Origin: Mytilus trossulus
Lineage: Eukaryota
DNA: 64,000 nt
Assembly (NCBI RefSeq): GCF_036588685.1
Contig: NC_086375.1
Location: forward strand, 76,632,001 to 76,696,000
Direction: 5' to 3'
Position 1 is the stretch's first letter. The number at the start of each line of letters is the position of its first letter. The notes under the pieces were generated by a model that worked only from the letters and a program-made list of their open reading frames with translations, was not told the origin of the DNA and made no database searches. The position numbers were made by a program, and so were the translations under genes. Below, in pieces: positions 26,201 to 38,027 of the stretch.

Positions 26201-28836
26201 TCAATCTGAAAACGCATCACACTGTATAGCTGACTTAGATAAACCCTGAAACCAAATTTCAGAAATCCTTGTATTGTAGTTCCTGAGAAAAATGTGAGGA
26301 AAATTTTCAACTTGGCTATCATGTGTAAATTCATACAAGTGTTCAGTAAACAGGAAGTTGTCAAGTCATCAATCTGAAAACGCATCACACGGTATAGCTG
26401 ACTTAGATAAACACTGAAACCGAATTTCAGAAATCCTTGTATTGTAGTTCCTGAGAAAAATGTGACGAAAATTTTCAACTTGGCTATCATGTGTAAAATC
26501 ATACAAGTGTTCGGTTAACAGGAAGTTGTCAAGTGATCAATCTGAAAACGCATCACACGGTATAGCTGACTTAGATAAATCCTGAAACCAAATTTCAGAA
26601 ATCCTTGTATTGTAGTTCCTGAGAAAAATGTGACGAAAGTTTCATGGGACGGACTGACTGACGGACTGACAGACGGACTGACGGACAGACAGTGGTAAAA
26701 CAGTATACCCTCCCCTTTTTTAAAGCAGGGGTATAAAAAGAGTACATGCTTAAATGTATTTAATTCTAAATTGATCATTAAAGAATCAGGACTGAAGGTT
26801 CAGGGCCAAATAATAATCTCCATGAAAATGATATATGTATCGGTATATATGCCAATACTATTATAATAACAACTGCATGCCAAATATCATTTACTTAATA
26901 CAGAGGTCCCCTTGTGATCAAGATTAATAGTATTGAGAGGTATCACATATAATTATTGAAAAGAGGTCTCAATTGCATCATTTCTACAGGAGTAGTAATA
27001 GGAGCTGGAGTTCATCTACCATGTCTACCTTAATTCTAAAAATAATATTTCAACCTGTTAGAATCATTAACATGGTATCAACTGGCCTATCAAAATGTTT
27101 TTTAATCAATATAATTTTTATTCATTAACCAAACTTATCTGTTTTATTTGTTATGCGTTTGGCAGTTGTCATCCTCATCTTTAATAAACCACTAAGGTCA
27201 AATTTAGTACAAAATGAGTAAGTAGTTTTAAAGAAGAAGATTTTTATATGAAGTACTATGAAATATTTATAAGGAAGACTTCCCATAACATGAACTGGTG
27301 TCAAGGATCTAATCGTTGAGACCATCAAATTATGCAAAATGTGACATAAGCTAACATGGCCTTGTCATGCTTGTGTGTAAAATGAATTCATCAAATTACC
27401 ATGATCTGGTCATCTTGTATCAGGGATTGACATACAAATGGTCTCTCAGCAAATCTATTCCTGAAGTCCAAAGCCTGTAACACTTTATCTCTGTAATCAC
27501 TTGTTACAAATTCACATCTCTGACCAATAGTCTTCATACCTATTTAAAGTATATTGAATAAGAAAATAATATTTACAAGTACAATTTTGTATGGTTCATT
27601 TTAATGTTTTTTTATGAAACAAAAACTACTTCTCCTATTCCACTAATCAATTCTGCTACAGATTTTTTAAATGTAAATAAGGGACATAACTGCAGAATAG
27701 TAATGTCAAAATCATCAAAATTAAACTTTACCTATATTCTGATCCATGAAATTGTCTTCACTAGATTTAGTCAAGTAGTACTTTATTTTTTTAACCAGGA
27801 ATAAGCAAACAAAAAGAAAATAAGGGGGCTAACTTTTTTAAATGGTAAATCTTAAAACCATCAATTTTTAGGTAACTTAAACTATGACGGCATTTATGAG
27901 TTATAAACAGTAAATATATTATATGATACATGGTAATGTATTCAATTTTCAAAAGAATTTGTGAAGATGTGTCATCCATCTTTTAAGATATGTTTTGGGT
28001 GCATTACTCCGTAGTGGTACATAACCACAGGTACTTGACTTAGAACTTTTTTTCCCTATATACCTTAATATAACATGGTAATTTAAGTAACTTTATCATG
28101 TTTATTGACAGTCCCAATAAACATTAACACCATAGTCCATTGCATAGTGTTAATTCATTGTGATAATGATCTGTTTTCAAGGTGATAATAATTGGATATC
28201 AATTGAAACTGGAGAGGGATATTTATTATCCCAAATACTTATTGATCATTTCTTCTCATTCTGTTACACTTTGGGTGCTGTCATTCTAGATGTAGTACTG
28301 TAAATTCAAAAGTTATTGTAAGGCTTCTATTGATGCGAATAATGCAAATGGCTCCCATTCTGATATTTGATACATATACCTGGATGCAAATTTTCCTGAA
28401 ATTGCAATAACTACAGTGGCGGATCCAGAAATTTTTATAAGTGGGGCCCACTGACTGGCCTAAGAGGGGGCTGTCACGCTTCAGTGATTCCCTATATAAG
28501 CAACCAAATTTTTTCTCAAAAAGGGGGGCCTGGGCCCCTCGCCCCCCCCCCCCCCCCCCCCCCTATATCCGCCTCTGAACTAATTCATGTTATAATTTCT
28601 GAATTAACACTTATCATGAACTTCACCATATTTATCAAAGAAACCTTTTTGAACAATTGCAAGCTACTTTTACATCTAACACAATACCTACCATGTGCAG
28701 GATGGATCAGCTGTCCTGGACTTTCATGATGGACAAATGTTGAGCCACAAGGGGAGAGCTGTAAACATGACTGGTCTGAATATCTCACTTCTACAGCATC
28801 ATCTGTAAATAGTGTCATTAACACAGGAGCTGCCAT
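11293..28836 (-). CDS. C5orf34: C5orf34 homologue (uncharacterised protein), 12 coding exons, ~824 aa
   Basis: Exons 28836-28692, 27539-27400, 25525-24670, 24207-23973, 23624-23507, 17684-17593, 17009-16946, 15790-15593, 14564-14431, 14078-13977, 13511-13471, 11642-11293. All GT-AG with consistent phases; total 2475 nt. Motifs recalled from vertebrate C5orf34: LFTDDAVEVRYSDQSCLQLSPCGS, QALDFRN, YTWISRHYSCEECPVSW, CPGQHLH, EIYPGDGSV, CCWK, GRFSAFSNGHV, ELQKIKCFN, ALLRTSSAIKDID. Confidence 0.9.
11643..13470 (-). other. Putative U12-type (minor spliceosome) GT-AG intron, last intron of C5orf34
   Basis: 5' splice site GTATCCTTT at 13470-13462; branch-point-like TTTTCCTTCAC ending 8 nt before the exon; no conventional long polypyrimidine tract between it and the AG. 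Confidence 0.8.
11885..13205. mobile_element. Helentron/HINE-like element with internal tandem arrays (~175 bp x2 and ~118 bp x6)
   Basis: Repeated unit ggtccaaaattaaactttgtttgatttcaacaaaaattgaa..cttggggttctttgatatgctgaatctaa; start tatacaaccgca and end tgcagtcgtataaag are partly inverted; short 3' hairpin. Confidence 0.65.
17697..18822 (+). mobile_element. 5'-truncated Penelope-like retroelement (second subfamily), antisense in a C5orf34 intron
   Basis: DKRDDFSFPIVNYPFLDGEVPLSPSYGVYISQLVRFA...KLLHQGFRYHKL, followed by a long 3' region whose end motif recurs at ~40190-40290 and ~56945-56990. Confidence 0.82.
19948..22030. mobile_element. Non-autonomous PIF/Harbinger DNA transposon (2.08 kb) with a probable nested insertion at ~20390-20945
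   Basis: TIRs tgcccgcgtcacactgtcccgatttt / aaaatcgggacagtgtgacacgggca; 3-bp TSD TAA on both sides; many subterminal ACGA motifs. Confidence 0.85.
25920..26738. mobile_element. Helentron/HINE-like element with a 168-bp tandem array (~4 copies) and (GGAC/TGAC)n microsatellite
   Basis: aacaggaagttgtc recurs at 26181, 26349 and 26517 (period 168); 4-bp repeat tract at 26647-26690; terminal hairpin ataccc..ccccttttttaaagcagggggtat. Confidence 0.75.
28414..28577. mobile_element. hAT-like MITE with 5-bp TSD and G/C homopolymer runs
   Basis: Ends cagtggcgga / tccgcctctg; TSD aacta on both sides; same family as 31890-32153, in opposite orientation. Confidence 0.8.
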
Positions 28837-29074
28837 CCTTCAATCTTTTATATTGGACAGAACTTTACTGAAAATGAACCAAATATAACACTACAAGATA
28901 TTAAATGACATTGCATGATATACATGTAAAAGCAAAGACTAAAATCTCAGACCTTTTAGGCTTACTCATTTCATTGACAGATATAAAGTAGTCTTACTCA
29001 TGAAATAGAACCAACACTCCTATATTTGCCCTAATTTATCATGATTGTACATGTAATCACCGTGTATCATCGTA

Positions 29075-29568
29075 CAGGGGATATAGGTACTAACCAAGCG
29101 GGCGTGAGCGATTTTGATCTTCTAAGGTAACTAAAAAATCTTTGTTTTGTTCACATAACCCTTTCCTCCATTGAATTTTTTTTTTGCATACTTGATTTGC
29201 ATAGGATTTTTCAATAAAATTCTGAAAGTATGCTTTTAAGTATTAATGCATTGCGAAAAACAAATATTTCATCAAATAAATTTAAGTTGGATATTCCTAT
29301 GATATTCCTTTTCATATTGGATACAAATTTTGTTTAGTCTACTTTTTTAGTCAAAGCGTTTCAAACTGAGGTACTACAGAGGCGCCAAAAGGCGTCATTA
29401 TGGAGTAAAGGGGGAGGCATCAAAAAATCGATGCAAAAATTATTTGGGAGCAGGAATTTCAAATGTTGAGAAATGTACATTAAATATTGATAAAGCTATA
29501 CAAAGATTTTCATTACTGTGCAAGTTCAAAATCGATCATGCCCGCTTGGTTAGTACCTATATCCGGTG
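29075..29568. mobile_element. Tc1/mariner-type MITE
   Basis: ~40-bp TIRs caggggatataggtactaaccaagcgggc / gcccgcttggttagtacctatatccggtg; TA TSD. Confidence 0.85.
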
Positions 29569-30014
29569 TACTGATGAAATGTGGATTGAAGAAAACATAT
29601 GACTTAGGTTTTCCTGGATTATAAATTTAACTTCTAATTCTTCTTCTGCTTCGAACAGATAATGACAAATTGAATATTTTTCCATGTCTTTGGTGCACAT
29701 ACGGACCTAGTCCAAATAATAATGACGTCTTGAAAGGCTAATATAATTTTTTTTCTTTGACGACTCCAAATTATTATGACGTCTTGAAACGCTAGCCTAT
29801 TATAATTTTTTTCTTTGATACTGGCCTGGCCGCATGAACTTTTGACGCATACAACAATCACTTTCCATTGTGGCATCAGATATTTGTTTTATGACATAAA
29901 AAATTTACGGGAACCTGTGTGATATCCAGGAATGGCGGACAAATAGCGATTAGGTGTATTATTTGGACTATAATACAGACCATGGACGAATAGGTATCAG
30001 GACAAACATGTACA

Positions 30015-31290
30015 AGCCAGTCTCAATACTCTTAGTACATATTGCTCAAATTGGAAGCTACAGGTTAATGTTCAAAAATCAAAGGTTTTAGTTTTTAACT
30101 CTAATGGTAAAACATATCTAAATGAGTTTTTTTATAATGATAATGTCATACAAACTGTCTCCAAATATTGCTACTTGGGAATAATGTTAAAGTGTAATGG
30201 CAACTTTAACTTAGCTGTATCCTTACTTATGGAAAAAGCTAGGAAAGCATGTTTTAAGATTAAAAAAACAATTGGATTGGATAATCCTTGTAAACTTTTA
30301 GAAAAATTATTTGATTCATTAGTAAGCCCCATATTGCTGTATTGTAGTGAGATTTGGGGTGTTTTTGATAATTCGGGAGACAATTCCATTTTGGAAAAAT
30401 TCCATATGAAATTCATAAAAGAAATTCTAGGTGTTCATTGTAAAGCAATTAATGCTGCTTGTAGAGCTGAACTTTGCAGGCTACCGTTATGCTCAAAAAT
30501 ATCATTTTCTTGTATTAAGTTTTATGATCATATTTTAAGGTCTGAAAACGCACTTATATCCAAAGTTTTTCTGGCAACTGAAAAAAATAACCCCTGGACA
30601 AAGAAGCTTTATTCTATTTTTAACAATCTAGGATTTTCAAACCTAGCTGGGGGAAACTTTTCTATTAAACAATATCTACCAAGTATTAAACAACGAGTGA
30701 TTGATCAGTGCACACAGGATCAATCATCAAAAATTCATGATTCATCAAAACTAAAATTTTACCAACAATTTCATAATTCAAAGCAGCGTAGTTCTTATGT
30801 TGATGTTCTAAGTAATAGATTAGAAAGGTCATCTCTGTGTAAAATTAGATTGAGTGCACACAATCTTGCTATTGAAAAGGGGCGATATCTAGGTTTAGCC
30901 ACCGACGAAAGAGTTTGTAATGTATGTAAATCAGGTGAGGTAGAAGATGAAAATCACTTTTTACTGAAATGTGAATTTTTTTCAAACTATAGATTTAACT
31001 TTAAAAATAAGATATTAAATATACTTCCTACATGTTGTAGTGAAAATCAGCTAAATATTAATAGTTGTATTAATAGTAATTCTTTAAAAGTCCTGAAAGT
31101 GACTAGTTCTTATATACATAAATGTCTGATGTATAGAAACGAGATTTTAGCTTCTCATTTATAACATATTTAAATACTAGTAAATGTATGCTGTATTCAT
31201 TGTTGTAATGCACTGTAATATGGGCCTTTGCCAATTATTGTAATTGTGTTTGTGCCAATAAAATATTTGTATTTGTATTTGTATTTGTAC
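30015..31290 (+). mobile_element. 5'-truncated LINE (RTE-X-like); open ORF2 3' end with C-terminal Cys-His knuckle
   Basis: YCSNWKLQVNVQKSKVLVF..YCYLGI..LYCSEIWG..IRLSAHNLAIEKGRY..ERVCNVCKSGEVEDENHFLLKC; AATAAA followed by a (TATTTG)n tail at 31257-31289. Confidence 0.88.
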
Positions 31291-31549
31291 TAGGGCCGAA
31301 CTGATTTTTATTCCTGAGCCCATATCACATCTTCATATATATCTATTTCAGGATAATTTGATAAAATGTGATCATGATCAGTAACGAAACATGTATATTA
31401 ATTATGATTATGATGTCATTTTTTTGTGGCGAAATATCATATTTTGAATTTTTAAATGCAAATACTGCCTTTTAAACACGTAAATCTTCAAGATTTTCTT
31501 TGAGTGTATATGTATTTACAGTACAGCAACAAATACCACAAACATTTAC

Positions 31550-31740
31550 TCTGTAGATCATCCAGGATAAAATTATTTGTTTTTGTTTACAAAGTTCATG
31601 TTTTCCGCCATCTTCAAAACGAAACAAGCCATAACTTGTGCATTGAATTTGACCAATCATTACCGATATTTTTCAGTTCGGGTTTCTCCGGTAAACAGTC
31701 GAAATATCTACTCGGACCAAAAATGAAAGTGAAACTAGAA
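31550..31740 (-). promoter_or_regulatory. Probable promoter and first non-coding exon of C5orf34
   Basis: YY1-type AAGATGGCGG on the - strand (31614-31605); CCAAT at 31653-31657; donor A|GTAAAT at 31550/31549 that could splice to the acceptor ahead of exon start 28867; AATGAAAGTGAAACT at 31722-31736. Confidence 0.6.
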
Positions 31741-31750
31741 AACTCAACTT

Positions 31751-31869
31751 GTCAACCATCCATTGCCTCAAGCAACTTTAAGCGTTTGATATACAGTTTA
31801 TAACACATCTCCCTTGTTATAAACTGTATATCAAACGCTTAAAGTTGCTTGAGGCAATGGATGGTTGAC
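31751..31869. repeat. Perfect inverted repeat, 55-bp arms with a 9-nt loop
   Basis: 31751-31805 is the exact reverse complement of 31815-31869. Confidence 0.95.
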
Positions 31870-31889
31870 GGTCTGAAACAAACAGTTTT

Positions 31890-32153
31890 CAGAGGCGGAT
31901 TTATGGGGGGGGGGGGGGGGATTTATGGGGGGGGGGGGGGAGGGGGGGCAGGGGGCCCGTGCCCCCCTTTTTAATAACCAATATATAACCAAATTTTTTC
32001 CAAAAAAGGGGGGGGCCCGGGCCCCCTGCCCCCCCCTTTTTTGGAAAAAAATTGGTTGCTTATAAAGGGAATCACTGAAGCGTGACTGGAGCGGGCCCCC
32101 TCTTAGGTCAGTCAGTGGGCCCCCACTTATGCAAATTCCTGGATCCGCCACTG
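31890..32153. mobile_element. hAT-like MITE with 5-bp TSD and poly-G tracts
   Basis: Ends cagaggcgga / tccgccactg; TSD gtttt. Confidence 0.8.
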
Positions 32154-33754
32154 GTTTTTATTCCGTATAAGTTGTGTTTTAACGTTTATAAAAGACACTC
32201 GGATTTTATGTGTAAATAGAAAGAGTTTTCTTTTACCGTGTATTATACTGGTGGATATTAACTTTTAAAATATATATAACATACATATATTTTAATGTGT
32301 AAATAGTACTTTTACTTGGAGATAATCCTTGGTGTTCCTTATAAAGGAAGCGTATACGGAGAGAAGAAGTCGGCTCTCGGGACATTTAAATACCGAAGTC
32401 CTGCTTTTATTGACTTTTTAAGGGGGAAAAAATTGTTTCCAGTTTTGGGAGAAATAAATAATTTGTTTCTAATCCTGAGAAAAAACATTTGTTTGTTTTA
32501 CCCTCAGCTGCCACTATGGTATATGTAATGCTAAAATTGAAAAAAAAAATGTTTTCGACTTGTCGTCCGTTGAAAACTAAAGATTGTTTTTCAGCGTTAA
32601 GGGCGAAAAAAAGTTTGTCCAGAAAAAAAATTCATGTCTTTTTGAGGGGATGTGTTTTTGTTAGAAGTATTCCTGCTTTTTATCCATCTGATGAGTTAAT
32701 GCGGCCATTTTCAACTTATTTTTATCATGTGTTTTTTCCTGTTGTACTGTACTGAGCCGTTACATCAATCTTCCAGGTTATGAGAGGGTTCAGTGATGCC
32801 TTCGAAGCAGTCATGTTAACTGGGGAAAGGTATTCATGCATGGTATTAGAGATGTCTGCTTCTGCTTGCTGGAAATATATTATGGTTCAGTTCCATTCAT
32901 GTAATATATTGTTTGGACCTTGCAAATTTCAAAAAAGATTTATTTCTCTCGGCTCGAAAACTGCCACCCCGTATTAATCATAAGCAACCCCCTGCATGTT
33001 GTGTTTACACGGGGGAAATTAATACGGCACATGTCATGAACAGCAAAGCAATATAATGATTGTATAATTGCATAACTCAACCAGATGGATACAATACTAG
33101 TATTAGCTGAATATTTCAAGCATTTTAAGAGGGTAGACACATTAATCAAATAACAAATTATACCGGCAAAATAAACCACTGTTGGTGATCTATAGATAAC
33201 TTCCAACTCAGTCTGCATAAACTAGATACATGTTGGGTAGCGGTCTCGAGGACAGGTAGCGGTAGACAGTCTATCTTGCAATAAGCCACTTATGACTCAT
33301 TCTCCGAGAGTGTTTGCAAGGAACTTTAGACATATTTATTTATTTGTATAAACCTCTCGAACATTGCCTTTAAATTAAGTTCAAGATAACGTATTATAAT
33401 TTAAACTTTGTATGGTATCCATGATCAATGGGGCATGGAAATTTAACGATATCTCAGAACACCTCGTCGATATTGTACACTAAACAACACACTATAATTT
33501 TATCATATGTACTCGTACCAAGTTCATTCGCTGTATAATGACACGAATAGTAGGATGAAACATGATGTGATTACGTACAAATTGTTGTGAAATTATCGCC
33601 ACATTTTTCAAAACACCGATATGAATAACACATTGTGTTGGGTGTAAATGGAAATAATTCTTCACCAGGTAGGATATTAGGTAAGTAAGTTGTGTGCTCA
33701 AGGAAGTTTATATTGTGTACGAATGTTTATTTGTAGGTGACTTTAACGTTTTAA

Positions 33755-34438
33755 AGGGGCACTAGCTGTCAAATTCATTGTAACCGATTTGACTCAAATT
33801 CTCATATTTGGTTTATAACAATGTAAAACATTTATCCAAACTATCAAAAGTCTAAAATAAACAGTTTACAGAGCATGGGGTAGATAATATATAGGTTCGT
33901 TTCGTGTGTACTTTAGTCCAGACGCCATCTAATTAACTATCGATTTGACCTCAGATGACCATATAAGCGATGTAAACAAAAATAAAGATACGAATAGATT
34001 AAAACAACACGTGCAATTGCATTTTTATAGGTCTATTTGATTTTATTTTATAGATTAAAAATAGATGTTTCTAATTGTTTTTAACCATATAAGAATGATT
34101 TTATGTGCATCGAATTAGTAATCAAATGATTTACCGTAGTTTCACTTTCATTGTTGACATTCTTTTTATTTAAATAACCAGTACACGTACAATGCATGCG
34201 TTGTCAATCTCTAGCTAGGGGTTAACTTGAAGTTCACATGAATACCGGTTAGAATGATGATGACGTTTTCACTTGCAAGCGAATCAGTCAAAAATTATGT
34301 TTAATCGCTTATTTCAACAAAATTAAAGGAAATTGATTGCTAAAAGTAAATTATTATTTCATTATTCCAATTTGATTAATGATTGATCTAAAAAAAATCA
34401 TACTTTATTTTTTTATATATATCGTAGCTAGTGCCCCT
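33755..34438. mobile_element. Kolobok-type MITE
   Basis: TIR aggggcactagct / agctagtgcccct; TTAA TSD; purine-purine start. Confidence 0.82.
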
Positions 34439-35727
34439 TTAACACAGGACAATAAATTGTCAATTATATACAAGCAGTGTTGTACTTGATTTATGTAAAA
34501 GTTTTAAACATGTTAGAATCAGTCTGATCCGATTTGAAGTGAAGTTTCGTAGCCAAAGTATTTAGTATTTATAAAACCAACACCAAAAGCACACGTATAA
34601 ATTTGGTTTTATTATAACTTAATTAACACGAAGACATACTTATAAAACAACCCCATTCAGAACTTATGTTAAAATATCAGCAGCCTTTTATCTTGTAAAA
34701 AGTTAACAAAGTCCCGAATATACATGAAATATTTGCCACTGGACGCTAAGCATCCCACCTACTAATCAATCAATTGTATTGAAACCAGTTGTAATTCAAC
34801 TTTATTTTAATTCCATGCGCGTGTGTTTATGATAATCTTATACTAAAAAGTAGGATTGGAATTGGTCAAATGCATTGTTCTATAAATGAGGTATAACCTT
34901 GATATTTTGCTTTCATCATGATCATGTTTAATAACATTACTTGAGATTACTGAAAATATAGTAAAATTACATACTTCTTTAAAGTACAAAATGAAGTTAA
35001 TGGACAGAATTATGTAAATTTTATGTGAGTAAAAGTGACATGTGAATCATATTGTTATTTTGATCTGAAATAAAATACCACACTCTGAATGATACATATA
35101 CACGTCTGATGAAGTTTTCAAGTTCAACAGTACAGGAATCTGATCTGAAAATTATCAATATTTTAAATATAATTCGAAGTTGATTCGACTATGTTCTTTG
35201 GCTATAGTTTAAAGTTAACGTTAATGACTTATGTACAATAAAGTTTGAATTACCATACCCCAAAAAAAGGAGTATACATTATTTCATTTTGTGTGGTATC
35301 TTCTAAAGAACACATGCTTATTATCGATAAAACATCCAACACAAAATATTTAATGTATACTCATATCCACAGTACATTGCATAATAAAATAGTTATGCAA
35401 TATTTCAGTTACCATTCAGTTAAACATTTCTTTTTGCACAATGTAAATCTGGGACTAACAGGTACTAGTATAGATGAATCATAGTTTTCACTTAATCGTT
35501 GAGATGAAACAACCCAAGAATGTGACAGGAAGTTGAATTTTATACTTCATTTGATTGAGATTACGTTATTATAATAATGCTTGTTGACAATTGTAAGATC
35601 TGATGGAGGTTCTCTCAAGGGGGCTATCGTGAGTTTTTTTTTGTAATGTGGATTTGTTGGATTATTGAAAACTGTTTTATAGCATACACATGCATAGATG
35701 TACTACCCATTTATTATTACATCTATG

Positions 35728-35886
35728 CAGGGGCGGATGCAGGAATTTTCGAAAGGGGGTGCTAACCCAGGGCAAAAGGGGGGGGGGGGGGGGTTGCAAA
35801 ACATATGTCCCGATACAAATGCATTGATCGGCAAAAATAAAGGGGGTGCGCACCCCCGGAACCCCCCCCCTCTGGATCCGCCACTG
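35728..35886. mobile_element. hAT-like MITE with 5-bp TSD
   Basis: Ends caggggcggat / atccgccactg; TSD ctatg. Confidence 0.8.
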
Positions 35887-35967
35887 CTATGGTCATAGCA
35901 TAGAGAATACGCCTGTTCGTCCTTTTATATGAAATCGAGTTTAAAAGAGTCAACAAAGAAATCCCAT

Positions 35968-36262
35968 ATTTTATGCCCCACCTACGATAGTAGAGGGACA
36001 TTATGTTTTCTGGTCTGTGCGTCCGTTCGTCCTTCAGTCAGTTCGACCAGAGTTCGTCCCGCTTCAGGTTAAAGATTTTGGTCAAGGTAGTTTTTGATGA
36101 AATTGAAGTCCAATCAACTTGAAACTCAGTACACATGTGACATATAATATGAACTTTCTAAGTTTTTAATGCCAAATTAGAGTTTTTACCCCAATTTGGT
36201 CCACTAAACATAGAAAAGGATAGTGCGAGTGGGGCACCGTGTACTATGGACACATTTTTGTT
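35968..36262 (+). mobile_element. Short HINE-like element; inverted family member at 42058-42365 carries a (GGAC/GCAC/GAAC)n tract
   Basis: Shared sequence tgttttctggtctgtgcgtccgttcgt...ggtcaaggtagtttttgatgaa.ttgaagtccaatc...gatagtgcgagtggggca. Confidence 0.7.
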
Positions 36263-38027
36263 GAATATATTTCCCGTCCCGCTGTTTGATTTACGATGAG
36301 AGCCAAAATGTCCCGATTATTTTGCTAAATGTTCTATCACTAATAAAATAGAATAAAACTAAATAAAATAAAATAATGTATTTATACAAAATTAAGATAT
36401 AAAATTTAAATATTGGATTGTTACCAAACAGAAAAGCCTTTTTCAACTGACTTTTATAGTTCGTTATTATGTTGTTATATGTTACACCACTGTCCCAGGT
36501 TAGGGGAGGGTTCGGATCCTGCTAACACGTTTAACACCACCACATTATGTATGTATAACCCTGTTAAAGTCAGCAGCCTGTTATTCAGTGGTTGTCGTTT
36601 GTTGATGTTACATATTTGTTCATAGATAAGGCCGTTCGTTTTCTCGTTTGAATTTGAATACGTTTGTCATTTCGGTGCCTTTTATATCTGACTATGCGGG
36701 ATGGGCTTTGCTCATTTTTGAAGGCCGAAGACCTATTGTTTTTAATTTCTGTGTCCTTTTGACTCTTGTGGAGAGTTATCTCATTGACAACTATACCACA
36801 TCTTCTTTATTATATACATTACACACACATGCCAAAAATAAAAACGTGCCGGCAAAATTCGAAGAAAAACATGCTTTAGAAAAATTACCTGGTTTTGATG
36901 GTCCTTTTTATTGTCTTGACAGTTTCAACTAATAAACTCTTTGCACTACGCTTCCACACAATCTTATATTATCAAACAACAGTTTCCAAATATAATTAAA
37001 TGGCCGTTAAGGATGGTAAAGAATGCAAATATATTTTCTGCAACTCAAAAAGCTTTCTTCTTTTCTTTGTCAGTCATTGGTACTACTTATTCAAGTAAGT
37101 TTTATTTACTCGAAGAAGTAAAAAAAAAATACACATAGAAGTGTAGGATACTTATACAAGTGAATTTTATTTACTTGTATAGCTAAACAAAATGGCTTAG
37201 TCAGAATTTGTTACTTGTATGAGTAAAAATGTCATCCAGTCTTTTTTTCTTGAATTCTTAAGATTTCTTTACTGTTATAGAATTTTAAATTGTGTACCCT
37301 TTGCAGATGTCTTTACTAATCATTTTAGTTTAATTTCATAGACAATGCAAATTCCATTTGTCTGTTATCTTCATAACACTGCCCCTTTACAAGCCCCAAA
37401 GGAGCAATGTGTGAAGGCCTTAATTGTGGCAAATATACAAAATCACTTGCTCAATCAGTTTCTTTGTTGAATTAACGAGATGAAATATTTCATTAAAAAA
37501 AGTTTGAGCAAACCTGGGAAAAATCATTAAAGGCATGATTTTACATCTCAAAACTAGAGGATTTTTGTGGGATTGTAAAAAACATTTACTTGAGAAAATT
37601 AAGGGGAGATTATTCAAACACTATTTATTTACTTATATGTTTATATTTTTTTTTTTACTTCTTCAAGTAAATAAAACTAACTTGTAGTAATAGTAGTACC
37701 CCTGACTGCATGTGCTGTTATGAATCGCAACATATAAAGCCAAACACATTAAAAACACGTGTACAATTAATTTTATTGATAAAATCAACAACGCTGACCG
37801 TTATCTTCATATTTTTTCGTTAAATAATCAAGAATTCAAATTCTCTAAATATACTACCAAGATTGCTTAAAGGAAATTACCTTAAACTTTATTTAATTCT
37901 TCTATATATATATAAAGGTTTGGTTTTGAATTGTGTTTTACCTGAGTGTAGAAAACATATTTCAAACGGGAAAGCTCGTTGGTGGTTCTACAATCTCCTA
38001 TTAAATAGGGAGAGGGTTGGGCTCCTG

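Noticed and set aside
25940-26778. Repetitive ORFs (FFSGTTIQGFLKFGF...)
   Set aside because: Translations of the 168-bp tandem array.
30175-31164. 329-aa ORF as a host gene
   Set aside because: It is the 3' end of a LINE ORF2, with a simple-repeat tail.
32770-33720. Moderately complex non-repeat sequence that could be pseudo-exons
   Set aside because: Stops in the plausible frames and no domain I can recognise.
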